IMG/VR virus record: IMGVR_UViG_3300043690_000033
Span: 1 to 27,059 of that record
Length of the DNA: 27,059 nucleotides
Source: a virus
Taxonomy: Duplodnaviria > Caudoviricetes
Direction: 5' to 3' (one strand)
Below the pieces are notes generated by a model. The model saw only the letters and a program-made list of their open reading frames with translations. It made no database searches and had not been told where the DNA came from. Position numbers and translations under genes: made by a program. This document shows positions 1-8,391 of the stretch, piece after piece (the stretch's first letter is position 1; each line of letters opens with the position of its first letter).

Positions 1-11
1 TTCCGCGGCAG

Positions 12-296
12 ATGGCGCAACTGTCGGCGCCGGCGCAGACGCCGCACACCTGGCAGGAAGCCGCCGAAGAGGACGAACGCGCGCGCTACAGCGCGGAGAG
101 CGTCGCCCACAATGCGCGACTGTACGACCGGATTTTCGGCGAGGAGGAGGACGATGATGTTCCAGTTCCGCCGGAGCCTGAACCGGAGCCGGAGATGACG
201 CCCGAGGCGAAGCGCAAGGCGGAGATGGCGGAGTTCGATCGCAAGCGACGCGAAGAGATGGAGGAGGCGCAGCGCGCGCGTGAGGGCGGTGGGTAG
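12..296 (+). CDS. hypothetical phage protein (acidic, PE-rich linker)
   Basis: 94-aa ORF with GC-rich codon usage, overlapping the next ORF; no family recognised; the true start may lie upstream of the window. Confidence 0.6.
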   Translation: MAQLSAPAQTPHTWQEAAEEDERARYSAESVAHNARLYDRIFGEEEDDDVPVPPEPEPEPEMTPEAKRKAEMAEFDRKRREEMEEAQRAREGGG

Positions 297-555
297 GTTT
301 CTGCTGGTGACGCTCGAGGAGGACCTGGCGCGCTTCGGCACGACGCACAACGTCGCCATGTTGAGCATCCAGCACTGCCCGGGCGTGCATGACGTGGTCG
401 ACCTGCAAGCCATCAGTCCCGAGACGCTGGTGTCGTTCCTAGGCGTCGATCGCGACGTACGCGCGTTGCTCGACCAGCGTGCGGCGGATACCAGTCCCGA
501 TCACGTCATCCGCGCGTACTGGAAGGGCATCCGCCAGCCGAGGCTGCCGCTGTGA
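280..555 (+). CDS. hypothetical phage protein
   Basis: 91-aa ORF; its stop overlaps the next start (GTGA at 552-555). Confidence 0.6.
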   Translation: MRAVGRFLLVTLEEDLARFGTTHNVAMLSIQHCPGVHDVVDLQAISPETLVSFLGVDRDVRALLDQRAADTSPDHVIRAYWKGIRQPRLPL

Positions 556-758
556 CCGCGAGAGTGTTCTGTCCGTTGCACCCGTTTTCGCCGGAGGAGT
601 GCATCTACACGTGCGAGCTGGCGCGTAAAGAACTGCAGAAGCTGAATAACGACTATCGTCAGTACTGGTTCGATCGGCGCCACGGCGTCAAGCCGATGTC
701 ACCGTTTCAGTACCAACTCCGCTATGGAACGCTCGAGCATGCCGCTGATCGGGGATGA
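552..758 (+). CDS. small Cys/His-containing hypothetical protein
   Basis: GTGA coupling to the upstream gene; CPLH...C...C could bind Zn (inference). Confidence 0.6.
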   Translation: MTARVFCPLHPFSPEECIYTCELARKELQKLNNDYRQYWFDRRHGVKPMSPFQYQLRYGTLEHAADRG

Positions 759-1134
759 AAGCGAGCAACATTTCATGGGACGCATCCGGCGGCACGCCAA
801 ATTGTTGGGATGGGAGGACTTTCACCAGCAGGATTCGATGGGTACGCGGGCTGGATTACCGGACCTGATTCTGGTGCGTCCACCGCGCGTGATATTTGCG
901 GAGTTGAAATCAGAGCACGGGCGACTGACGCCGGCCCAGCGGCATACGCTCGCCAATCTGATGGCATGTCCGGGGGTGGAAACGTACATCTGGCGACCGC
1001 ACGACGCCAGGGACATCTGGAGACTGTTGGCGAGACGGGACAGGATTGATGGCATGGATCGAATCACACCAGGCGCTGGGTGCGCATCCGAAGACCATTC
1101 GTCTGGCGGCGTTGCTGAAAGTGCGGGTGCCTGA
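739..1134 (+). CDS. VRR-NUC domain (PD-(D/E)XK) nuclease, probable Holliday-junction resolvase
   Basis: Motif GLPDLILVRPPRVIFAELKSEHGRLTPAQ...IWRP is typical of phage VRR-NUC proteins; start ATG739 (alternative 724). Confidence 0.85.
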   Translation: MPLIGDESEQHFMGRIRRHAKLLGWEDFHQQDSMGTRAGLPDLILVRPPRVIFAELKSEHGRLTPAQRHTLANLMACPGVETYIWRPHDARDIWRLLARRDRIDGMDRITPGAGCASEDHSSGGVAESAGA

Positions 1135-1633
1135 AGCGGTCGGGTTGCTGCATTTCCTGTGGTGGTGGGCGCTGGACTACGCACCGAATGGCTTAGTGTC
1201 GGTGACTGATCAGCCGGTGGTGGCGCGCGCGTGCTTGTGGCACGGGCCGACGGTGCGTTTCTGGGAGGCGCTGCTAGAGGTCGGATTCATGGAGCCGGCC
1301 GAGCTGCCGAATGTCTGCAAAATCCATGATTGGGATGAGTACGGGGGCAAATTAGTCGAGTCGCGGCAGCTCCGCAAGGACTCGAACCGGCGCGCCCAGA
1401 CCAGGTGGCGTAATCGCTCACGTGCGAATGGCGTAAGCGATTACGTAAGCGCTGAGTCAGCGCTGAATAAGCAGCCTACACTACCGGACACTACAGTACA
1501 TAACCGTACCGTACCGGACACTCCCCCCCTACCCCCCCATCAAGTAAGCGCTTACGATTGCTGTCCTCTCGCTGGGGTGACCCAGGGGCGTGAACACATG
1601 GAACGATGTCCTTCTCGGGCAGTTACCTCATGA
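1049..1633 (+). CDS. phage replication initiator / replisome-organizer-like protein
   Basis: N-terminus MAWIESHQALGAHPKT...GLLHFLWWWALDYAPNG...KIHDWDEY, then a basic helix and a low-complexity linker that coincides with DNA repeats; this is the architecture of lambda-O-like initiators. Confidence 0.7.
   Translation: MAWIESHQALGAHPKTIRLAALLKVRVPEAVGLLHFLWWWALDYAPNGLVSVTDQPVVARACLWHGPTVRFWEALLEVGFMEPAELPNVCKIHDWDEYGGKLVESRQLRKDSNRRAQTRWRNRSRANGVSDYVSAESALNKQPTLPDTTVHNRTVPDTPPLPPHQVSAYDCCPLAGVTQGREHMERCPSRAVTS
1432..1555. repeat. putative replication origin (iteron/palindrome cluster) inside the initiator gene
   Basis: GTAAGCG x3 (1433, 1445, 1544); inverted repeats CGTAA-gcga-TTACG (1432-1445) and AGCGCTGA-g-TCAGCGCT (1448-1464); 12-bp palindrome GTAAGCGCTTAC (1544-1555); direct repeat TACCGGACACT (1482, 1512); C-tracts at 1523-1538. 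Confidence 0.6.
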
Positions 1634-2901
1634 CCTCTCTGGTTGCGCTCAAACAGCTTCACCCGGCGCCGTGGAACCCGCGGCGCATCGAGAAAGCACG
1701 CCTCAAGAACCTCGCCGAGTCGATCAAAGCCGATCCGACCTTTCTGCTGCGGCGGCCCATCCTGGCCCAGGCCTCGGGCGAGATCTACGCCGGCAACCAG
1801 CGCTGGTACGCGGTGAAAATGCTGTTCGATTCGGGCTGGCTGCCGCCCTGGAATGCGCAGACCGTGCCGGCTGACCTCGACGACGTGCCCGACCAGCTCG
1901 CCCGGGAACGCGCCATTCGCGACAACAACACTTGGGCTGACTGGGACGATGATTCGCTTTCTCGCTTACTCGGCGACTTGCGTGACGCCGGCTCCGAAAC
2001 GTCACTCCTTGGCTTTGATGATCGTGACCTCGCCCAATTCCTGGCCCGATTGGACTCCGGTCGCGAGCTGAATCCGGATGATGCGGACCTCACTCCACCG
2101 GCCGAGCCGGTTACCCAGCCCGGGGATTTATGGCTGCTCGGCGAGCACCGGCTGTTGTGCGGCGACGCGGCAAATTGCGCTGACGTGCAGCATTTGATTT
2201 CTGGCGAGCCCGCAGCGCTGGTTATGACGGACCCGCCATACGGCGTGGACTATTCCGCGATCGTCGACTCGCGCGAAAACCAGAAGGCTGGTGGTTGGGC
2301 ACCGCTACAGGGCGACATCGTCGCTGACCTGGACCAATTACTACCCGCGGCGTTTCGGCACGCGGCGGAAGTCGCGACCCTTGAGAACGCTGCCTGGTTT
2401 TGTTGGCACCCGCCGGGTGCCAACGCGGCACTCTTCCGCGCAGCACTCGAGTCGGCCGGTGTCGGAGTCCACAAGCAGATCATGTGGAGCAAACCGCACT
2501 TCGTCTTCGGTCGGTGGGAGTATCACTGGCAGCATGAGCCGGCGATGTATGGCTGGCGCACGCATCCGCCGTTCTACGGCGATCGCGCGGAGTCAACCGT
2601 GTGGCAGGTCGAGCACGAAGGCGGCATAAGAACGCGGAATGGCCCAGCAATGGCATTGCTGGGCCTCGGCGAGCATCCCACGCAGAAGCCGCCCGAACTG
2701 TGGGCGCGCGCGATCCGCAATCACACCGTCCCAGGCGACGTGATCTACGACCCGTTCGCAGGCTCGGGGCCGTGCGTCACTGCGGCTGAGCAATGGGCGC
2801 GTCGAGCTCGCGTGCTCGAGATTGAGCCTGGCTATTGCGACGTGATCGTCCGTCGCTGGGAGCGCGTGAGTGGTCGGCAGGCCCACAAAGCGAACGCCTG
2901 A
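1630..2901 (+). CDS. ParB-like N-terminal domain fused to a beta-class N6-adenine/N4-cytosine DNA methyltransferase
   Basis: ParB/Srx-like PAPWNPR...IYAGNQR...AIRDN; GDLWLLGEHRLLCGD; catalytic TDPPYG precedes HPTQKP and SAM-binding DPFAGSG; ATGA overlap with the initiator stop. Confidence 0.92.
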   Translation: MTSLVALKQLHPAPWNPRRIEKARLKNLAESIKADPTFLLRRPILAQASGEIYAGNQRWYAVKMLFDSGWLPPWNAQTVPADLDDVPDQLARERAIRDNNTWADWDDDSLSRLLGDLRDAGSETSLLGFDDRDLAQFLARLDSGRELNPDDADLTPPAEPVTQPGDLWLLGEHRLLCGDAANCADVQHLISGEPAALVMTDPPYGVDYSAIVDSRENQKAGGWAPLQGDIVADLDQLLPAAFRHAAEVATLENAAWFCWHPPGANAALFRAALESAGVGVHKQIMWSKPHFVFGRWEYHWQHEPAMYGWRTHPPFYGDRAESTVWQVEHEGGIRTRNGPAMALLGLGEHPTQKPPELWARAIRNHTVPGDVIYDPFAGSGPCVTAAEQWARRARVLEIEPGYCDVIVRRWERVSGRQAHKANA

Positions 2902-3256
2902 GCGCGAGCAGCGCCTGCTCGATGCCCTCGCGGCCGGCAACACGCGCAACGCGGCTTGCGACTACGCCGGGATCACTCGCGAGACATTCAGTCAGTGGCG
3001 CGAGCGCTTTGCTGACTTTTCTGACCGGGTCAAAAAAGCCGAGTCGAGCGCCGAAGTTCGGCACGTCGCGCAAATTGCCAAGGCGGCTAGTGAGGGTGTC
3101 TGGCAAGCCTCGGCTTGGTGGCTCGAGCGCCGCCGTCCGGACGACTGGGCACGTCGTTTCGAGCCCGAACTGACCACCGCAACCGCTGTGCAGGTCAATA
3201 TTGCCTTCGATCGCACCGATGCCACGCTTACGCTCCCGCCCGCCGACGAGGATTGA
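2870..3256 (+). CDS. terS: terminase small subunit
   Basis: GRPTK...HTH (AACDYAGITRETFSQW)...WQASAWWLERR; immediately upstream of TerL. Confidence 0.8.
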   Translation: MVGRPTKRTPEREQRLLDALAAGNTRNAACDYAGITRETFSQWRERFADFSDRVKKAESSAEVRHVAQIAKAASEGVWQASAWWLERRRPDDWARRFEPELTTATAVQVNIAFDRTDATLTLPPADED

Positions 3257-4577
3257 GTTCGTCCGCCCGAAGCTGTACGCCAAGCAGCTTGAGGCGATCT
3301 ATGCCCCGGCGCGCTACTCGGTCATCGAGGCCTCGACCAAGTCCGGCAAGACGGTCGGCTGCATGATCTGGCTCACCGAGCAGGCCTGGCTGGGCAAGCC
3401 CGGGCACGAGTACTGGTGGGTGGCGCCCATCCTCGAGCAGTCGCGTATCGTCTTTCGCCGCCTCAAGCGCCAGATGACCCAGGGCACGTTTTCCACCAAC
3501 GAATCGGACCCGAGCATCACGCTACTGAACGGCGCCGTGCTGCGCTTCAAGGGCGCCGACAACCCGGACTCGCTGTACGGCGAGGACGTGCACGCCGCGG
3601 TCATCGACGAGGCCACCCGCGTCAAAGAAGACGCCTGGCACGCCGTCAGGAGCACGCTCACCGCGACGCGCGGCAAAGTCCGCATCATCGGCAACGTGAA
3701 GGGCAGACGCAACTGGGCGTACCGACTCGCCCGCCGTGCCGAGGCGGGCGAGTCAGATATGCACTACGCCCGCATCACCGCGTACGACGCCATCCAGGCC
3801 GGCGTGCTGGTCCAATCCGAGATCGACGATGCTCGAGCGCAGCTGCCGGCCACGGTCTTCCGCGAGCTGTACGAAGCCGAGCCATCGGATGATGAGGGCA
3901 ATCCGTTCGGCATCGCCGCTATTCGTGCGTGTCTCGAGCCGCTGCACCTGGAGTGCAAGCCGGTGTGCTGGGGCTGGGATCTGGCACGCGCGAATGACTG
4001 GACCTGGGGGATTGCGCTATGCGAGCACGCCGCGGTGTGCAGGTCGGAGCGCTGGAATCAATCGCAGTATCCGGAGGATGCATCCGATTCGGACTCCAGC
4101 TCGCATCCGGAGTACTGGGAAATTACCCTGCGCCGCGTGATGGACCTGACCGGCCGGACTCCAGCCGCCGTCGACTCCACCGGTCCCGGTGGACCGATCG
4201 ACCAGGCATTGAACACGCGGCACCGCAATTTCGAGGGTTACGTGTTCAACCAGCGGTCCAAGCAGCTGCTCATGGAGGGCCTGGCCGTCGCCATCCAGTC
4301 GCACGACGTCGCCTTTCCCGAGGGCATCCTGTCGCTCGAACTCGAAGCCTTCGAGTACCAGTACTCCAGAACTGGCGTGCACTACGGGTGTCCCGAGGGC
4401 ATGCACGACGACGGCGTGTGCGCGCTCGCCCTGGCCTGGCACGTCTACGCCAAACGCACCCAGCGGCACATGCTCGAGACGCTGCTCGGTCAATCGGCGC
4501 CGGTCCGCCTGCGGGGTCAGCTCGTCGGCGGCAAGAACGGCCAGTCGCGCTGGGACAGCCCGTTGGACGTTCGCTGA
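3219..4577 (+). CDS. terL: terminase large subunit
   Basis: Walker A ASTKSGKT, Walker B AAVIDEA, FRELYEAE, RNase-H-like nuclease residues GWDLAR / AVDSTG / HDDGVCALALA; start ATG3219 (alternative TTG3201). Confidence 0.95.
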   Translation: MPRLRSRPPTRIEFVRPKLYAKQLEAIYAPARYSVIEASTKSGKTVGCMIWLTEQAWLGKPGHEYWWVAPILEQSRIVFRRLKRQMTQGTFSTNESDPSITLLNGAVLRFKGADNPDSLYGEDVHAAVIDEATRVKEDAWHAVRSTLTATRGKVRIIGNVKGRRNWAYRLARRAEAGESDMHYARITAYDAIQAGVLVQSEIDDARAQLPATVFRELYEAEPSDDEGNPFGIAAIRACLEPLHLECKPVCWGWDLARANDWTWGIALCEHAAVCRSERWNQSQYPEDASDSDSSSHPEYWEITLRRVMDLTGRTPAAVDSTGPGGPIDQALNTRHRNFEGYVFNQRSKQLLMEGLAVAIQSHDVAFPEGILSLELEAFEYQYSRTGVHYGCPEGMHDDGVCALALAWHVYAKRTQRHMLETLLGQSAPVRLRGQLVGGKNGQSRWDSPLDVR

Positions 4578-4596
4578 GGGACTAGACAACCGGTCG

Positions 4597-4602
4597 TACA
4601 CT
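4597..4602 (+). promoter_or_regulatory. putative -10 element (TACACT) of a leaderless transcript
   Basis: TANNNT hexamer ending 6 nt before ATG4609, with no Shine-Dalgarno. Confidence 0.4.
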
Positions 4603-4608
4603 CAGGGC

Positions 4609-5067
4609 ATGCCGACCACTAGTGGCAGTAGCCGCCGCACCAGTTCGGTGCAGGTTGGCGGCTCGCGAACCCAGACCATCAACGCCGAGGAACTCGCCGT
4701 CGAACTCGACAACTCGCAGTCGAGCGTGATCTACGTCGATGTGCCAGACGCCGAAGACGAAGCCGAAGCCGAGCCGGAAGCCGTCGCCGAGCCGCAGATC
4801 ATCGCTGGCGAGACACCACTGCACGTCGAGTTCGACCAGGTGCGCCAGAAGCTGGCCGTGCGGCGCGCGACCGAGCAGGAAGTCGAGGCCGCCGAAGCCG
4901 GCCAGACCAGTGGCGCCGGCGACTCGTCGCCCGTGCCGGGCGTGCGCTCGAGCGCCGAAGACGGCCCGGACACGGCCGGCGGCGCCGAGGGCCGTGGTGC
5001 CAAGCCCACGCCAGCCGAAGAGGCGGCGCGCGCGGCCGAACGCGTCGAACGCCGCGCCCAGCATTGA
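4609..5067 (+). CDS. acidic low-complexity hypothetical protein between terL and portal
   Basis: 152 aa, E/D/A-rich, typical codon usage, fills the gap between terL and portal. Confidence 0.7.
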   Translation: MPTTSGSSRRTSSVQVGGSRTQTINAEELAVELDNSQSSVIYVDVPDAEDEAEAEPEAVAEPQIIAGETPLHVEFDQVRQKLAVRRATEQEVEAAEAGQTSGAGDSSPVPGVRSSAEDGPDTAGGAEGRGAKPTPAEEAARAAERVERRAQH

Positions 5068-5075
5068 CCGCCTAG

Positions 5076-7115
5076 ATGCGCGACCGCGACGTCCCGACGC
5101 CCGGCCAGCTCGCCACCATGTGGTGGTCGAAGTACAACGAGTTCCAGACGACTCGGCTGCGCGTGCGGGACTGTCGCGACTGGCTGAACAACCGCTGGGA
5201 CCCGGTCGTGCCCAAGGACTTCGCCCAGGTGGCCGGCAACCTGGCCATCAAGCTGCCGTACGCGGTCACCGTGCCGCTGCACGCCGTGCAGATGCTGAGT
5301 GGCAAACGCCCACGCCTGCGCCGCGACCCGATGGGCAAGTCGATCGGTGCGCGCACCAACGCCTCGGACCTCGAGGTGTGGGCCAACTCGGCGGTCTCGG
5401 CCATTGAGGAGCAGCACGGTGCGTTCTGGCGACCGCTCATGGACATGCTCTTCAACCAGGGCTCGGCCGCGGTGCTGTGCTTTCCCGCCTCGGCCGGCTG
5501 GGAAAACATGCCGTCGTACGTGGACGAAAACGGCGGCGTGTACCGCCAGTGGGACGCGCCCACGCCCAAGCAGTCCAAGGCCGAATACGATGCGTACCTG
5601 CTCGACTGGAAGGCGCGCCAGGTGCCGATCGCCATCCGCGTCGTGGGCGTCGACCAGTGCCTGCCGATGCTGGGACCGGGGCATCGCCTGGACGGGCTGA
5701 TCGTGCGCTCGCAGTACGCCCAGGAGGAGCTCGAAGCGCGCGGCTATCGCTGGCGTTTCGGCGATGGTGGCCACATTGGCCCGGGCTATGACCCGGACTA
5801 CATGAGCCAGAGCCGTGGCTTCTATCCCAAGTTCACGCTGTACGAGCTGTGGCGGCCGGGCTCGGTGGTCTACTACATCGGCCAGGGCGTGACCGCGCCG
5901 GCCACCGACGGCTCGAATATCACCATCGCCCACCGCATCAATGCCGGCGGCGAGACCAACCTGGCGGCCATCGACCTGGCCGCCGACTTCGGGATCACGC
6001 GGCTGTGCGGCACGTGGATCTGGGGCTGCAACTTCGCCTCCGAGACCGACCCGGATCGCCGCGGCGTGCCGTTTTTGTGGCCGTTCCTGTCGGTGTTCCA
6101 GGGCATGAACAATCTGGCCACGGCCAAGCTGGCGCACACCTGGCAGCACGCCTTCGGCGGCTGGTTCATCCCGGCCAACGCCGACGTGTCACCCGACCTG
6201 GTGCTCGAAAACGGCCGACCGCGCGAGATCGACATCCAGCCCATGAAGGCCCAGTACGTGGCCGGGACGCCGGTGCCGGCGACGCATCCGGGCACCAACA
6301 AGGACGTCGACGAACTGATGGGGCTGATGCTCGGCGCGGTGCACGAGGAGGCGCCCTCCGCCGCTGCGGGGGGTGGACCGGGCGCCACCTCGGGCGTCGA
6401 TCGCGCCATGATCCGCTCGATGTTGCAGGACGCCTACGATGACGTGCTCAACGGCGGCCTGGAGGCGATGACCTTCGTCGGCTCGATGGCCACCGAGATC
6501 GCCGATCGCATCGTCGAGCGCTACAGCGTGACCGTGCCGGTGTACTGCAGCACGCAGCCCAAGGGCATGCGCCAGTCAGTCCGCAAGGCTCAGGAGCTGA
6601 CCGCGGACATGACCGCCGGGGTGTACGACTTCTGGTGCGAATATCCGCCGGCCGAGGGCGAAAATCTGCCCTACGCGCAGATGCTCATGCAGTGGTCGCT
6701 CGAGGGCCGCATCCCGTTGCGCCAGGCGCTCGAGAAGGGCCTCGGCGACGAGTCGCCAGACGAAACGATGATCGAGATCCAGACCGAAAAACTGCTGTTC
6801 AACACGCCCCAGGGGCAGCAGTATCTGTTTCAACTGGTGGGCAAGAAACTGGACGATCAGAAGATGGCGCAGTTATTCGCCGCGGTGCAGTCGGGCCAGG
6901 CGATGCCCGACGGCACGCCAACCGCGGCCCTGCCGGGTGGTGGCCAGCCACCGGGCCCGACCGGCCAACTGGCCGGCACCAATCCACCCCAGCCGGTGAA
7001 CTCAGCCATCGGCGGCATCATGAGCGCTGCTACCCAGGCTGGTCCTCTTCGTCAGCAGGCGCTGGCGACGACTGCCGGCCCGATCATCGGCGCCGGCGCC
7101 AATCCAGGTGCATAG
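5076..7115 (+). CDS. portal protein (podovirus/P22-like)
   Basis: 679 aa, first large gene after terL; size, helical N-terminus and Q/P/G/A-rich C-terminal tail fit podoviral portals. The call rests mainly on synteny. Confidence 0.75.
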   Translation: MRDRDVPTPGQLATMWWSKYNEFQTTRLRVRDCRDWLNNRWDPVVPKDFAQVAGNLAIKLPYAVTVPLHAVQMLSGKRPRLRRDPMGKSIGARTNASDLEVWANSAVSAIEEQHGAFWRPLMDMLFNQGSAAVLCFPASAGWENMPSYVDENGGVYRQWDAPTPKQSKAEYDAYLLDWKARQVPIAIRVVGVDQCLPMLGPGHRLDGLIVRSQYAQEELEARGYRWRFGDGGHIGPGYDPDYMSQSRGFYPKFTLYELWRPGSVVYYIGQGVTAPATDGSNITIAHRINAGGETNLAAIDLAADFGITRLCGTWIWGCNFASETDPDRRGVPFLWPFLSVFQGMNNLATAKLAHTWQHAFGGWFIPANADVSPDLVLENGRPREIDIQPMKAQYVAGTPVPATHPGTNKDVDELMGLMLGAVHEEAPSAAAGGGPGATSGVDRAMIRSMLQDAYDDVLNGGLEAMTFVGSMATEIADRIVERYSVTVPVYCSTQPKGMRQSVRKAQELTADMTAGVYDFWCEYPPAEGENLPYAQMLMQWSLEGRIPLRQALEKGLGDESPDETMIEIQTEKLLFNTPQGQQYLFQLVGKKLDDQKMAQLFAAVQSGQAMPDGTPTAALPGGGQPPGPTGQLAGTNPPQPVNSAIGGIMSAATQAGPLRQQALATTAGPIIGAGANPGA

Positions 7116-7158
7116 GCGTATGCTCGCTTTTTAAAAACGCAAAGGAGTGTTTTCCCAG

Positions 7159-7356
7159 ATGGCACGCAACGGTGACAGCGGCGGAACCAGCAATCCGAAC
7201 CCGAACGGGCCGACGTCGGCCAACGACTCGAGCCTGGCAGTGCAGAGCAACGGCAACGTCCAGAATTTCGACAAGAACCCGGCCGTGCTGAACGAGTCGC
7301 CGGCGACCAAGAAGTCGTATTCCTGGAACAAGGGTGAAACCGGCAACGCCACCTAA
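7159..7356 (+). CDS. small N/S/G-rich hypothetical protein (65 aa)
   Basis: SD AAAGGAG at 7141-7147, ATG7159; MARNGDSGGTSNPNPNG... Confidence 0.65.
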   Translation: MARNGDSGGTSNPNPNGPTSANDSSLAVQSNGNVQNFDKNPAVLNESPATKKSYSWNKGETGNAT

Positions 7357-7483
7357 AGGCGGTCGGTGGACTGAGGCGAGGGACAAGGCGTACGACCGTG
7401 CCCACGGCATCAAGGAAGGCAGCAAAGCCGACAACCGGCTCGATCAAAAACGTGGCGTCCCCGTCAGGAAAGGCAAGCGCTGA
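7334..7483 (+). CDS. small basic protein (49 aa), not in the ORF track
   Basis: GTG7334 MKPATPPKGGRWTEARDKAYDRAHGIKEGSKADNRLDQKRGVPVRKGKR; stop overlaps the next start (TGATG at 7481-7485). Confidence 0.6.
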   Translation: MKPATPPKGGRWTEARDKAYDRAHGIKEGSKADNRLDQKRGVPVRKGKR

Positions 7484-7728
7484 TGGCCGTGCTCAGCAAC
7501 AAAAAGCGCCAGTCCTTACCCTCGTCCTCATTCGCCCTGCCCGGCAAGGGCGAAGGCAAGGGCGGTAAAGGCAGCGGCGCGTATCCCATTCCCGATGAGG
7601 CGCACGCCAGAGCAGCGCTGAGTCGTGCCGCACAGCATGCGTCGCCGGCCGAGCAGGCGACCATCAAACGCAAGGTTGCGGCCAAGTTTCCGGGCATCGC
7701 GGTGAGTGGCAAGAAGTCCAAGAAGTGA
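7483..7728 (+). CDS. small basic protein, DUF6582-like
   Basis: RQSLPSSSFALPG...YPIPDEAHARAALSR resembles the DUF6582 pattern (LPDSDFA...YPI.D..HARNALAR), recognised from memory. Confidence 0.7.
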   Translation: MAVLSNKKRQSLPSSSFALPGKGEGKGGKGSGAYPIPDEAHARAALSRAAQHASPAEQATIKRKVAAKFPGIAVSGKKSKK

Positions 7729-7732
7729 TGCG

Positions 7733-7813
7733 GTGGACCACAACGTCGTCATCCTGCTGGTGCTGCTGGCGCTGGTGGTGACGCTGTTCTGGTCCTGGAG
7801 CGCACCACGCTGA
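7733..7813 (+). CDS. 26-aa single-transmembrane peptide, not in the ORF track
   Basis: GTG7733 MDHNVVILLVLLALVVTLFWSWSAPR; GC-ending codons; ends in a TGATG overlap. Confidence 0.5.
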   Translation: MDHNVVILLVLLALVVTLFWSWSAPR

Positions 7814-7832
7814 TGAAAGGCGGCAAGAACTA

Positions 7833-8012
7833 ATGGCCAACGGCAAAGCACCCAAGATTCCCGGTCCGAAGATGCCGAAAGCATCTGGTATGCCGAAAAT
7901 GCCGGCGCGCATGCCCGCGGCGCCGCGCCTGCCGATGGCCGGCACACCGAACGTGGCCGGACGCGCCATGCGTGCACCTCGCGCGCCGCGCATCGGCAAC
8001 ATCGGACCATGA
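7833..8012 (+). CDS. 59-aa Pro/Met/Lys/Arg-rich basic peptide, not in the ORF track
   Basis: MANGKAPKIPGPKMPKASGMPKMPARMPAAPRLPMAGTPNVAGRAMRAPRAPRIGNIGP; TAATG at the start, ATGA overlap at the end; no acidic residues. Confidence 0.6.
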   Translation: MANGKAPKIPGPKMPKASGMPKMPARMPAAPRLPMAGTPNVAGRAMRAPRAPRIGNIGP

Positions 8013-8248
8013 CCAAGGCGTGCGCCGAAAACGGCCCGAGCAATGCTGGCTCGCGCGCTGGACCGAAACGCTTCGATGCACTCGACCAGTTCGCGCGAAA
8101 GAATGCCCAACTGCTGCCGCCGCAGCCAGCCGTGCCCGAGGCGCACCGCCACCAGTACCCACCGCTACCACCCGAGCAGCGCGACATGCCGCAGCCGGTG
8201 TTCAAGGGTCAGTTCAAAGCCAACCGGCCGAAGTGGAAAAAGGCCTGA
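8009..8248 (+). CDS. small Pro-rich basic hypothetical protein (79 aa)
   Basis: ATGA-coupled to the upstream peptide; in the ORF track. Confidence 0.6.
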   Translation: MTKACAENGPSNAGSRAGPKRFDALDQFARKNAQLLPPQPAVPEAHRHQYPPLPPEQRDMPQPVFKGQFKANRPKWKKA

Positions 8249-8255
8249 TAGATAG

Positions 8256-8390
8256 ATGCCACTCATCAAAAGCGCCTCGCCCAAGGCCGTCGGCAAGAAC
8301 ATCCAGACCGAAGAGCAAGCCGGCAAACCGCGGAAGCAGGCCATCGCGATCGCGCTGAACACCCAGCGGCAGGCCAAAAAGCGGAAGTGA
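8256..8390 (+). CDS. 44-aa basic protein, DUF6496-like, not in the ORF track
   Basis: MPLIKSASPKAVGKNIQTEEQAGKPRKQAIAIALNTQRQAKKRK matches the widespread phage pattern MPL.K..S...NI..E...GKP.KQA(V/I)AIAL. Confidence 0.75.
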   Translation: MPLIKSASPKAVGKNIQTEEQAGKPRKQAIAIALNTQRQAKKRK

Positions 8391-8391
8391 C

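Noticed and set aside
3219-4577. Intein or intron in terL
   Set aside because: Normal length (452 aa), continuous motifs, no intein splice-junction signature.
4731-6149. Long antisense ORFs (also 9740-11008, 11032-12183, 12775-14148, 14203-15279, 15328-16473, 20356-21870, 24860-25969)
   Set aside because: Shadow ORFs opposite well-supported genes, expected with high GC3; no motifs or RBS.
7733-7813. Holin/lysis cassette
   Set aside because: A single 26-aa TM peptide with no adjacent endolysin; kept only as a micro-ORF.
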